From Protoeuglena noctilucae (taxonomy: Eukaryota): DNA of 64,000 nt. Of the stretch, positions 24,937 through 37,157 are shown piece by piece. Position 1 is the first letter of the stretch, and the number at the start of each line of letters is the position of its first letter. The stretch covers positions 372,001 through 436,000 of the forward strand of contig OY253669.1 of assembly GCA_958009085.1 (NCBI GenBank). The letters are read 5' to 3'. Under the pieces are notes generated by a model, which saw only the letters and a program-made list of their open reading frames with translations, was not told the origin of the DNA and made no database searches. The translations under genes and the position numbers were made by a program.

Positions 24937-27833
24937 TCACGTGCGCCCGTCGTAGATCTTCTCTAATGTCTGGACAGCCTTGAAGAACACCACCACGACC
25001 GTGATGTTGTCGCGGCTCCCTCGCGTCAGCGCCTCCGTGGCGATCCGCTTGCCGCACTGCGGGCCACGCATCGACATGTATGGCCTCGTAGCCCAGCAAG
25101 CCCTGGCCTATCCATGCGGCCGGCTGACCCACCCATTCCACGACGCATCGCACACCGTCACACCCCTCACCATGGCTGGGTCCTTGACTGTGTCCTTCAC
25201 GAGCCCCACCGCGTCGTCGTTGGGCACCGTGTCCCACACCCCGTCCGACGCCAGAATCAAAAACTCGTCCTCTTGCGTCAGGCGCACGTGACGCACCTCC
25301 GGCTCCGCCGTCACGCCCTCTGCAGGGAGTGGCGAGCCACACGGCCATGAGACAGATTGACCGCCAACAACGCCACCTTACCGCACCTCGTCTCATCACA
25401 CCACCTCACCCCACGCCTGCTCCCGTCACTCACCGGCCTTGGCGTCAAAGTCGCCCAGCGATCGCGTGACCTGCAGCGTGGCGGTGCCCACGCGCCAGCC
25501 GTCGTGCAGGGACCGCAGCGTGCCGCCCACCGACGCGACGCGAGCTCTCTCCGCGGGGTCTGCGGCCGTGTGGTCCCTCGTGAGGGCCTCCGCGCAACCA
25601 CCCCGGCACAGCACAGCACGGCAGTCCCCTGCATTCGCCACCCACAGATCCTCCCCGCCAACCACCAGCGCCACCGCAGCAGCCGCGCCCGGGTGCTGCC
25701 GTGGCCACGCAGCCGACGGACCCATGCGCGCCACGCGATCCACCCAAGCACGGTCCAACTCCGCACGCAGTCCGAGGTCTGTCGCCAGGAAGGCCTCCCG
25801 CAGCGCCTCGGCCGCCCCGCTAGCCCCGGCACACGCCCCCAGGTGTCTCAGGAAGTGGCCCCTTGCATACTCAGCCGCCTCGTGACCCCGGTGTCCGTCA
25901 AACACCCCCACCAGCAGGCTCCCCTCACAGCCCCACAACGCCCTCTCCACGATGCACCGGTCCTCCATAGCCTCCCTGGGCCCGATCGTCTCGAACGAGC
26001 CCGCCATCAGCGAGGTAGATGCGCCGTCCGCACGCGACGCGCATAGCCACGCCGGCGCTGAGGTCAGCGGCGTCGCGTCAACTCCACGCATGTCCGGCGA
26101 TGCTCGCTCGGGGCTGCCGGCCATGGCGCCGCTTGCGTCCACACGCCCCTCCGTGTCCCATGGCGAGCTGCCCGTGTCGAGCGGCAGGGGTCCCTCAGTC
26201 AAGGACGAGCACCGCGACTCTTCCACTGGCAGCGTCTCTGTCGTCGAACCCAACACCGTTGCCTCCAGCTCCACCAGCTGCGGGCACACCAACGCTTGCC
26301 AGATATGTCAACACAACCCATTGCATAGCACGACTGCCCTCAGCTGTGCTCCACCCCCGCCCTCGCTTGCCTGCTGGACGACGTCGCGCATTGGGGGACG
26401 TTTCCCCGGCTCCCCGTGCCAGCAACGCTCCAAGAGGGCAGCGAACGCCTGAGGGGCCCAACGCGGCACGATGGGCCGAAGTCCCTCAGCCGCCACCGCC
26501 GCCGCCAGCTCCTGCCGCCCGTACCCCATCTCCAGCACGGTGTGGCACTCGGGGTTGTCCTTGGTGCAGTCGCTGAACGGAAGCACCCCGGTTAGCACCT
26601 CGTTCGCCATCACGGCAAAGGCGTACACGTCGCTGGCGGGGCTGTGGATGCCGTGCAGGAGCAGCTCCGGGGCCTGCAACGAGGTGAGGAGAGAGAGGTG
26701 AAGTAAGGCGCTTTGGGACTCCATGCAGTGCACATGAACGCTCAATACAGGTGGCACAAGTGGCAGCCGCAGCCCAACATGTGTGCATGCCAAGGAAATT
26801 CCCCTTCCCGCATCACATCGATCCAGCACGGCTAACCTGATAAGGTGCGTGCCCACCACGCGTGCTCACCATATACTCGAGCGTGCCGACCATGCGACGC
26901 CGGAGGAAGCCCCCGGTGGGGTGGCCGGCGCCGCGCAGGGTCTCCGACGTCGGCCGTTCGCTGTCCAGGTCCTCCACGCGCTCCGCGAGACCAAAATCGG
27001 CGAGGACGGCATCTCCGCGGCTCGCAGAGAGGAGCACGTTCCCCGGCTTGATGTCCCGGTGCACCACGCCGTGCTCGTGGCAGTGCGCGACCGCCTCCGC
27101 GACCTGTCGTGCGATGCGGACTGTCTCGAGCGGAGACGGCCGCCACCCGCGCCGGTGCAGAGCGTCGGCGAGCGTCCCGTCGTGCAGCGCCAGCGCCACC
27201 ACGTAGTCGGGGGGCAGGGCGCGGGCGCCCAGGATCCCCACGATTCGCGGGTGCGCGAGCTCTGCCAGGAACGCCACTTCCTTGCGAAAGCGCTCCAGGT
27301 CGTCGCGAGAGCTGATCCTGAGCCGCTTCAGCGCGGCGGGGCGACCCTCCGCGGTGCCGCGGTGCACCGTGCTGGTCGCGCCCGAGGCAATCTCCTCCCC
27401 AAACTTCAGTGCCTCCTTGCCTAACCCCAGGGGCGTCGCGGCCGAGTTACCGACGTCTGCCGCCTGCGGACAGGCGGGTGAAGGGCATGTGGTGAGCGCG
27501 TCCAATTCGCGTCCGCACGAGCCCCCTAGCAGCGTGTGTGAACGTCCATCCATTTACAAACACACATTCAAGCTATGTGGAGAGCGGGGACCGCAATATG
27601 CGGCTGTGCGCGCGCGCGCAAAGCCCCGAGAGTCCTGCCCTCCCCGGCCATTTTTCATCGGCTGCAAGGCGCGCACGGCGATGTCGACGGCACACGCCGC
27701 CATCACATGAAGCTGAGACCTCGATTCCAGTCGAAAGGGGCGCCCTTGACCTCCCCTCCCTCACCGCTGCAAACTCCCCCCGGCGGACCAGCCGGCCCAT
27801 CTCCTCCAGCGCATCGCGAACAGATGCGGTCAT
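24937..27833 (-). CDS. Protein kinase + PP2C phosphatase fusion (At2g40860-type)
   Basis: Kinase motifs HRDIKPGN, DFG, GTLEYM|APE; PP2C motifs MEDR, FDGH, NAGD, ASDGVWD, GSRDNITV. Intron 26278-26370 is GC-AG. Exon 1 is tentative. Confidence 0.92.
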
Positions 27834-27932
27834 TGCGCCAAAGACGGCTGTTTTCGCCGAATGCACGCACAGCTGCCCGGCCGGGTTCTTCGCACACTTC
27901 AAGCGTGTCTGCAGTCTGATGTGGACGAGCTG

Positions 27933-30900
27933 TCATGCCGGGGATCCGCGCGCCCCCATGATGCTGGGGAGCTGGGCCACGCGCCGCCACCCCGACATGC
28001 TGGAGGGCGCGGCATGGGCCGCAGATTCCATCGACCTGCGCCGGTTGTGCTGCGATTCCAGCGATGCCCTCCGGTGTACCTGTGGCGGGGAATGGAGCCC
28101 AGCAGTGGTTGGCACAACACGCGTTGAGAAACTGCAGCGCAGCCACGGCGAGCATTCACGATCTCACGTCGCTCTTCATGGCCTGGGCAAAGACGCTCTC
28201 GGCGGGCGGGGCCTCAGCTGGTGCGAGGGTCGCGGCGTTCGCAGGCGCAGGGACACCTGCCAGCGACCTCCGGCGACCCCGCAGAGCCTGCGTGGACAAG
28301 GACAGCGGCACCCTGTGGCGTCAGGGAGGCCCTCACTTCCCTCTCGGCAAACGGCCACGCAGCTCCCCGCACCTCCACTGAGGCATCTGACGTGCTCGTC
28401 AGAAGGGAGGAGGCCGCCAGCGCGTCCCCGTTGATGTTCGTCGTCCCCGCAGCAGGCGCGCCTGTCTTCCCCACCGCAGCGACCCGCAGCGCCACTCCAG
28501 GCGCAGCATCCGAGGGAGCAGACATGCGCACCGCCCCGACCGAAGCCAGGCGCGAGATCGGCGCGGCTGCGACGGCGGGCAGCGGATCCCGAGGCAGTCG
28601 CGTGTTGCCCGGCCGGGCTCGCTCGGCCAAGTCCAGCAAAGGGTGAGTTGGCAGGTCCTCTGTCTCCAACAGAGACGCCGGTGAGGCTTTGGGGGCGGCC
28701 GTGGCCGCCGTCATCGACGTGATGCGGGTCGCGGCCCAGCGGGGCTGCAGCGCGGCTTCGTGGACGAGGCAGTGCAGGTCAATGGGGGCGCGCCAGGGGA
28801 TGGCCAGGCGGCCCAGCTTGACCTCCTGCAGGCCCTCCGCCTGCACCGCGCCCCGCCCCTGGAATCACGTCCGAGGCGTCTTGGGGTCAGCAACGACGTC
28901 GGCCACTCCGCGGAGGCCACTGACACCAGCCTTTGGCCTGCCAAGCATAGCCTAGGTGCATGCCAGAGAGACCGAAAGATGCGCTCCTCACCAGCTCGTC
29001 TTGCATGATGGCGCTGAGGGCAGGCGCCGAGACGAGGATGGCGTCCGCCGGCGCCCATCCCTCCATGTTATCCAGATCGGACAAGAGGTCGCCGAGGAGT
29101 AAGTCGAGTTCGAACCTCCCTGGGTCCTCCCCCACGATGCCCTGGCTCCCCTCGTCGCCCGCATCCCACCCTCCATCGCCCGAATGCGCCCGCCATGCAT
29201 TCGTGCCCTCCACGAAGGCGTCCGCGTTCATCCTTCGCCTCTCTGCCGCATGCCCTGCCGCATGCCCGGCCTCCGTGCCTGGCCCGCCCCCCGCCCGCTC
29301 CTCTTGAACCGCAGCCATGCCACCTGCCGCGCCGTCGCTGGGGCGGCCGCGCGAGCCCCGCGGCGCCCTCTGCGTCCCCGCGAACGTGTCCCACCCGACC
29401 GACGACACCTCGTCGGCGAAGCTGATCCTCCGGGGCAGCGGACCCGCCGGGTCCTGGGCCGTGTCCGACTCTCCCGATGTTCGGTTCTCAGGCCGACTCC
29501 GGATCTCGGGACCCATGGACCCCGCCGCGCCCTCAGAGCTGTCCAGGCTCTCCCGCTGCACCGTCTGCTGGGCTTCTTCCACTCCATCAAGCACCCCCGC
29601 TTCGTCTCCCAAGCTGACTGCGACGTCGCCCCCTCCGCTCTCGCAACCAGATGCGGGCGGCGCCAGCACCGCCCTGTACCCGTGCCCGACGTGCAGGGAG
29701 ATGCGGAGGGGCAGGCGCGAGCTGTCCGGAAGGTAGAAGCGCGAGGCGCTGCGGAGGAGGGCCACCGCGGCCTGGAGCGCACGCACGGGCGCGGAGGTGC
29801 CCTTGCCGTGGCGTAGGCCCGACAGGGCGACGATGGCGGAGGAGGAGTGGAAGGCCGCGTGCAGGCCATGGGTGCGGAGCAGGGACTCGCAGGACCACAC
29901 GAAGTCCTCCAGGGCCCTGCGGGGCGGACGGGTGGCAGTGGTCGTGCGGGAGAGGCGTGGAAGGGTGGAGGGCGGCATCGAGTTGCCTGGTACTCACTGG
30001 ATGGCGTCGACGGGCGCGGACTTGTCTGCCAAGCACGAGGCGTTTTGCAAGGAGCCCCGGTGCAGCAAGATGCTGACCCGAAGCGCCGTGAGCGTCTCCG
30101 AGACGACATACTGGATCACGGGCTTGGGGCTGCGGGTGGCGACGGGGGCGGTCCGTGCGTCAATGCCGTGCCATGCCGCTGCATGCCAACGGTGACATAC
30201 GCAGGCTCGGTCTGAATGGCCTCACCGGAGAGGCTGCCGTCCCTCAAACCAGAGAGGCACGGGCTGCCCGAACGGCGTCCTGGGCGGCTTGTTGAGGGCT
30301 GCATAGAAGCGCCAACACGAGTGGCACACCCCCGACGCGCCGGGGGCCTTTCTCTGGTGCGCGGCCGCAGCTGCCGCCGTCCCGTGCAGAGCCGTGCCCT
30401 GCGAGGCAGCGCACAGCACGTTTACAAATGGCTTTGAAGCCGGGGCCATTGGTCGACCCCGTTGGCCCGACCCTCCTCATGTTGCAACCTGGCCAGCAGC
30501 GCACATCACCTTGGGCGCCGCGGCGTTCTGCAGCTCTTTCTGGAACTTCTCGGCCTGCCGCGCCCGCATGTCCTCCCGCAGCATCACGGTGTGCAGGGCG
30601 CGCACGAGGTCCGAGGCAAAGTGCGCGCACGTGAGCATGAACTCCCTGCGAGAGGCAGCGGAGAGGAACAGGGTGCTATGAGCGCAGATGACACGCGGGC
30701 CGGCATGTACAACAACAGCCGCGTCGGGTCATCACACCGTCGGTAGCTGAACGGCAGCGCAGCGACGGGGTCGGCCTGGTCGAAGCTGAACACCGCCTCC
30801 GGGTTGATAAACACCAGGGTGACGACGCCGATAGGCTTGCCCTGGGAGCTGAAGACAGGCGCCGCGAGCGCGGCCGTGGGACGCAGTCCTTCCTTGACCA

Positions 30901-32290
30901 TGAGCACCTTGAGGGACTGCGGGGGTGGCAAGATGGCCGCGATGGCGATGAGAGCAGTGGACATCCGATGTCTGCCCACAAGATGCGGCCTGCCTCTTAC
31001 CGGGAAGGGCAGGCTGCTGGCGGCGTAGCGCATGTCCTCGACAAGCAAGCACGACTCGCGTGTGATGGCCGCCAGGGTCGTGTCGACTTCCTGCACGGTG
31101 CGGCGTGCAACCTGTACCCCCAGGAACTTGGCCCAGGAGGCCGCGGGCGGAGCCTCTGCGGTATAAGAGTCACTTGCAGTGTCTAGGTGCAGCCTTGACA
31201 TCGCCACATGAAGGGAGAGGGAGCCACGACCAATCACCTTCGAACTGGGGCTGCCGGCCGTCCTCCAGTGGGCGCTCCAGCTGAGCCAAGTCCCGGCGCT
31301 CATGCTGCGGCCAAGGCAGCGACGTCAATTCGCTCCTGTGTAGCTAGCCCACCACCGCGGCCATTCGGCGCCTGTCCTGCCTGGCACACCGCACCTCGAG
31401 GAGCTTCCCCGTGATGCCTGCAAAGTCTGGACTCAGGGACCTCATCCTGGCCGTCTTGATGTCCATCTCCTCCGTCTCCTGAGCACAAGTTGCAGTCAAG
31501 CTGGCAGTCAACATCCCAAGCGCGGCTGTCTGCGGCTGTCTGCGGGTGCCAAGCGCGGTATCCAGGTTTATCGGCCTCGCCTTCAAGCCGATCTCGATCA
31601 TGTCGAAACGGGGAATGACCGAGGCGCCCATCTGATCCAAGCATGCCGCGAAGAGAGAGGGCACGGCCTTTGCCACGGACTCGACCGTCGAGACCGCCGC
31701 CTGGAATCCGTGCACGCATCTTGTGGCCTGTATCGGAGGTTTGCAGCGCTGCTGAAATGTCCTTGGAACGCTCAATTGCGCGATGCACAGGCCCCGCATC
31801 CGAGTCAGCGCAGCGCCGCATGCAGGCTGTCACCGACGTGAGGAAAGCGCGGCTTTCGGTGCGACACTGCTCCAGAGTTTTCTCAAGGCTCGCAGCCGGC
31901 ACGGCCGTGATGCAGTCAGCGAGCTGCGACATGGATTTGCAGCGCACATCTCCAGGGCCTAAGGGACCAAATCTAAGCCCATCGCTTCCCAGGAGACTGC
32001 TGCGGTGGAATGTGCGAGTGCGATGTGACGTGTGGAGCGGAGGGAGAGGGGGGGAATCAGAGGAGAACGGCAGGTCACGTCGTTGACCGACCGCAGTCGT
32101 CAGTACTACCTGCCAGACCGGGCGTTCGGTCGATTATACCTCGTCAACGCCCCGACCTTTGCAAAAGACGTATGCGTGGATACAGGACGCACAGACAGGT
32201 GTTGCTCCCAAGGCCAAGCAGACCCCGACAACCTTGCCCTGCGTGCTTTCAAGGAGACCCGCGCCCCTTCCTCGCCCGTGTTCTCTCTAG
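27933..32290 (-). CDS. GAF-domain protein with a degenerate class III adenylyl/guanylyl cyclase domain (ends approximate)
   Basis: GAF-like LLVEDMRY...ALAAPVFSSQGKPIGVVTLV; cyclase-like LPDSSRLPLRISLHVG ... LLGDLLSDLDNME...AILVS. Many exons join in phase. Confidence 0.6.
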
Positions 32291-32463
32291 TGCACCTCTA
32301 GCGACAGTACTTTGTCCCGCGCGCGCTTCGCGCCGCAACCGCGCCACCAGGGGTGATGGCCGCGGTCACCGTGGCCCTATATGCGCCCGCCTGGGGCGTG
32401 TTTTCCCATGGGAGCCGCGTCAGGCATTGTCAGGGGCACCCCAGAAGTGTTGCAGTCAGAGCG

Positions 32464-34127
32464 ATGGTGGATTCGGGCGCAGAGGAGCAGGCGGCGGTGC
32501 GTGTGTTCTATCGGTGAGCATTCGCGAGCATTTTCGCCTGATGGAGGCGTCCTTTGGCTGGACGATTGCACGGATGGCTCGAGTGTCGCGTTTGCTTCGT
32601 CTGGAAACCCAGCGCCCCCGCGATACACAGCAACACGTCCGCCGGCAAGCTGGCGTTGCACGGATCGATGAACGGCGCGCCGTGGGTCGACTTGGCGGTC
32701 GGAGAGCCGGTGCGGTCCTCGTCTGGCGCATGGACTGAGTTCCGCGTTCCTGTCCCCAACAGGCGAGCGGGCCGCGCGTTGCGACGACTTCGATGACGAC
32801 CGACGACGGCGGGCACGGCCGGTCATCATCCCGTCTCCGCCCTCCCTCCTCGCAGTGCAAACGGTGGCGTGAAGGTGGACTTCGCAGTGCGTTGCAGCAC
32901 CGGGTGCTGGGACAACAACTGGGGCAACAACTATCAAATCGAGGCGGAGGCTGGGCTCACGGTGCGGGTGCAGAACGGCCAGTACGTCGTGCAGGAGAAG
33001 CCAGGAATCCTCGTCGTCAGCGACATCGACGGTGAGCGCGTTTCCAGTGCCGAACATCTCACACCTGGCAGAGGTATGACGTGCTGTGTGGCATGCTGGC
33101 GCGGCCCGCATGCAGGGGGCCCCTGTTTCGCACCGACCCTTGCCCTTCACCTGCCCCACGACCCTTCGCCGCTTCCAGGCACGATGATTGGGGACGACGC
33201 GACGACGCGGCGGTTCGTCCAGTGGTGGGTCGAGCACGCGGTCCCACGGGGCAGCAAGCTGGTCTACTCCTCGGGGAGACACCTGGAGCTGTTCCAGGTG
33301 AGCGGAGGGCGTTAGGTCGTGCACGGCGAACGACGCCCCAGGGCCCGCGCCAACACGACTCGCCCATCTTGACGGCGGCTCACACCCGCGCGTCCCGCCG
33401 CCCCAGAGCTTGCTTCGGGAGAAGCAGGGCGTCATGGCCCCGCCCGACGCCTACATCGGGAGCGTGGGGACGCGCGTGCACTTCTGGTCCGACTCGGGCC
33501 GGCTTGAGGTGGACCCGGAGTGGGAGGAGCTGCTGGAGGAGTTCTGGAGCGAGCAGGTCGTCAAGGACGCGGCCTATGGTCAGATTAGCGCCTTCCCGAG
33601 CCAGGTGTCGTTCCGGCCCAAGGAGGAGCTGAGCAAGCACAAGATCACGCTCAACGTCGAAGCCGCCGTGCTGCCACGCGTGGAGGCGGGGCTGCGCCGG
33701 CAGATTTACGGCAGCGGGGCCCGCGCCGAGCTCATCTCGAGCGGGACGGGTGGCTGGCGGTACCTCGACATTGTGCCTGCCAACGCCGGGAAGCTGCTGA
33801 GCCTGCAGTACGTCCAGGAGTGCTTTGGCTTTGACGACGACTGCACCGTCGCGTGCGGGGACAGCGGCAACGACATCCTCATGCTGTCGGGAACGTGCTA
33901 CGGGTGAGCCGCGCGGATGGGGTGCGCTGCGCGTGCGATGCGAGCGGGGGGCGCGCCGGGTGCACTCACCGCGCTGGTGCCCATGCCCGCGCAGTGTCAT
34001 GGTGGGCAACGCCCAGGAGCAGCTGCTGGACTGGGCCGAGACCCAGAACCGGGACAACTTATACCGGGCGCAGGGGAAGGTGGCGGATGGGATTCTCGAG
34101 GGCATTGAGCACTTCGGGCTCATGTAG
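32464..34127 (+). CDS. SPP: Sucrose-phosphate phosphatase-like HAD hydrolase with an N-terminal carbohydrate-binding module
   Basis: CBM-like VRVFYR...LHGSMNGAPW...WDNNWGNNY; HAD motifs VSDIDG|TM, YSSGR, LDIVPANAGK, CGDSGNDILM. Intron 32763-32855 is GC-AG. Confidence 0.85.
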
Positions 34128-34332
34128 GCCGTCGACTGTCAGTCCGCAGCCCCTCCTGACATGGGGCAGCTCATCAGTTGCGTGGCCCGCAATGCCCGCA
34201 CTCGCTGCTTGAGCGAGCTGAGCCACCACACACGCCGGCAGCACTTGTCACATGCTCTGAACCCCAAGCCCAGGGGCGTCGTTCCTCGCCATCGGTTTTC
34301 AAGCTGCGGCCTCAGCTAGGTGGTCAGCGTGA

Positions 34333-35330
34333 TCAGTTGACGGTGATCTTGCCCGTCATGCCAGCGCCCTGGTGGGGCTCGCAGTAGTAGCCGTACGAGC
34401 CGGCCTTGTCGAGCTTGAGCTCGTACGTCTCCCCGGGGGCGTTGAAGTAGTCCTCGTGGGAGATCTTGTCGGCGTTCACGCCAGCGGGCACGGCGTCCTC
34501 GTCGAACACGACGTTGTGGGGGAATCCGGCGTTGTTCACGACTGCGGGGGGGCGCGGGAGCGGAGATCCGGAGGGGTGACGGGCTGGGATAGGGTCCGGC
34601 CGGACGGGAGCCGCGATGGCCGAGCGCCGGGCGCGACGGGCCGCATTCGTCGAGATGGGGGGGGAATCCGCGAGCGCTGGCTCAGCAGGGGGGCGCGCGG
34701 GCCCGGGGGAGGGCCGAGCCGTTACTCACAGGTGATGGTCTCCCCGGCCTTCACGGACACGCTGGAGGGCTCGAAGACGAGGCCACCGTTGTCAGCGCCC
34801 ATCTTGATCGTCACGGCGCTGGCCTGGAAGGCGACCGCGAGGGAGGCAGCGGCGACACCGGCGAACTTGGCGGCATCCGCAGCCTGCGAGGGGGAAAGCG
34901 GGGCTCAAGCGCTCGTTTCGAGCGCAAGCGTTTCCCCGGTCGCGGTCGCGGGGTCGCCAGGGCCGCCCGTCCCCCGCATCGGGCGCGAAAAATGTCTGGA
35001 CGCTCCGGGGCGGATGCGGGCCACCCCGGGCCCCGCCGCGCGCGCTGCCGCAAGATGCACAAAGATGGGGCTTGGGAGTTTGTGGGCCCCGCGGATCTCG
35101 GCCCGGGTCGGCCCCAGGGCGCAGATCGACGGGCGAGTCCCCATCACTGGCGACCATCCTCGTCGGGGCCCCCAGCCACGGGGCGGGGGCGCCGGCCGAC
35201 GAAAGGCGCGCGATCGCGAGGTGAATATGCGGGGATACAGGGCGAGCATCCAGCGTGGACGGGGAGGACGCACCTTGGAGGCCACGACGGCCACCTTGGC
35301 CGGGGCAGCGGCGAGCTGAGCCTTGATCAT
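34333..35330 (-). CDS. PETE: Plastocyanin
   Basis: Bipartite transit peptide ending ASA, then [27 protein letters not shown] and [11 protein letters not shown]; three exons. Confidence 0.98.
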
Positions 35331-35798
35331 GGTGACGGGTACGGTGCTGGGCGTGCGCGTGACCGACTGTGCCGGGTTTCGGGGAGCCCGGCGCGCTTCC
35401 AGCCGGGTCGCGTCCGACATCAGAAACATTTATCTTCAACTTGCATCGGCTGTGGGCTCAACGAACGCGGAAAGAGGACGGCAGGCGGGAGACCGGACGG
35501 ATCTCACTCAAAGGACACGCTCACGGGGGCGCGAGCGCCTCAGGGGGGGCAGCCACGGATCACGGGGGGGAAGCGGCCAGCGTCTCCTGGCAGGGCGGCC
35601 GGGAAGGGACGGACTCGTACGGCGCAGTTGCGTGGCGATCGCGGCGGGCGGCTGGGATGGAGCTGCCGCCCAGGGCCGGCACTGCCGACGTGGAGGGCCC
35701 CGGCCTGGGTGCGGGGCTGGGTAAGGATGCTTTTCTACCCAAAGCTGCAGTCCACGAGCGTGCATCGAAATCCCCCTGGCCGCCGCATCCGGAGCATC

Positions 35799-36799
35799 TC
35801 ACCTGGCGTCCAGGGCGGTCGTCAGGGTGTCCTTGGTCAGCCGCGTGACGGGACAGGTGCAGGCGCAGTGCACGGCCGCGTCGAACGCCTCCGAGCCCGA
35901 CAGCGTGATGGGGCTGCCCGTGTCCGGCACGCGGCAGTCGAACGTCTGCGCCAAGAGTCCGGGGGACCACGTCACGTCAGGGCACCCCTGGCCACCGTCT
36001 CGGCCAGCGGTGCCGCGAGCTCGGGTCACCATGTTGACGGGGACGCCGGGGGGGATGTCGAAGAGCACGCGCAGCTCGTCCTCGAAGCGTTCCCGCGCCC
36101 CCGGGCCGCTCCCCACTTTGATGTGCCGAGTCTCCCCGTTCACCATCACGGTCATCACAGGCGTGTGGCGGGTCCCGTCCGCGTTCAGCAGAATGCGTCG
36201 CCAGTCCGGCAGCTCGTCGTTGCAGAAGCGGCAGTGCTTCTCCTCCCTGCGGGGGTCGAGAGGGTGCGGCCGACGGCATGCTGCTTGTCGCTCTGAGCAC
36301 GACTCGGCACTCGCCGCCGTGACAGCCGCCACCCTCGCACCTCGTCCCCGCCACCTGCGCGCATGAGAACGAGGCGGACGTCAGGCCAATGTTGTGATGG
36401 ACCCGTTCATTCACGGCGCTGCCAGCGGCCACCACGGAGTGCCTAGGGTGCGGAGTCAGGTCAAGCGCCCCTTGCCTGCAGCTGCCACCTTGCGAGGCAC
36501 CGAAGGTGCGCCATCCGTGGACATTTACAAGGCCTGCGTAGCATGGCGACAGCGTGGGGTGGCAGAGCGTTCTCCCTGGCAAGCCAGCGCAGCGAGATGT
36601 GACGGGAGCAGGGGCTCCCTGGCGCCCCCGCGAAGGCAGGCTGCCGCAGGCCGCACCCGGGGTTCGGCGACAATTCATCATTTTTGATCGTGGCCAAGAG
36701 CTGCCGCTGCTTCGTGCTCGCTTACCTGTGCAATTCGTCGGGCCCCGAGCCCGGCTCCCCGAGGCAAATGTAGCAGCATTCGTCGTCGCACGGGTCCAT
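35799..36799 (-). CDS. RING-CH (RINGv/MARCH-like) zinc-finger protein
   Basis: CYIC...R|PCKCPRMAHLRCLARWQLQ|VAGTR|EEKHCRFC. Contains a 14-nt microexon and a GC-AG intron (36355-36475). The 3' end may extend slightly further. Confidence 0.8.
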
Positions 36800-37157
36800 C
36801 GCTTCCCCACGCGTCGCGCTTTGCCAACCAGGAAGCCGGCTTGAGGGCGCGATGGTGCGCGGGGCGGCGCACCGGCGAACCCTAGCGTCACCGGCCTCTG
36901 CGCGCGCGCAGGGTGCGAAAACGTCGACTGCAGCGGGCTGTCCGAATCAAACTGCTCCCTTTCCGCATCGGCTGCCACTCACGTACCGACCTTCGGCTGA
37001 AACGACCTGCAGCTGGCTGCGTACTGTGGTGCTGGAGGTTCGCCGCAGCCGATGGGCGCTGACCTGCAGATGCTGACGACAAAGTACGCGTCAGGAGAGC
37101 CAGCTGGGGTCTCATGCTCCAGGGTCTTACGGTTGTGCCCCACTCTTGCGGAGGGCA

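Noticed and set aside
24937..27833. Kinase-phosphatase fusion as a novelty
   Set aside because: This architecture is already known and conserved in green plants (At2g40860 type).
24026..35330. Ferredoxin and plastocyanin as a photosynthetic gene cluster
   Set aside because: They are about 10 kb apart with unrelated genes between, which is compatible with chance in a compact genome.
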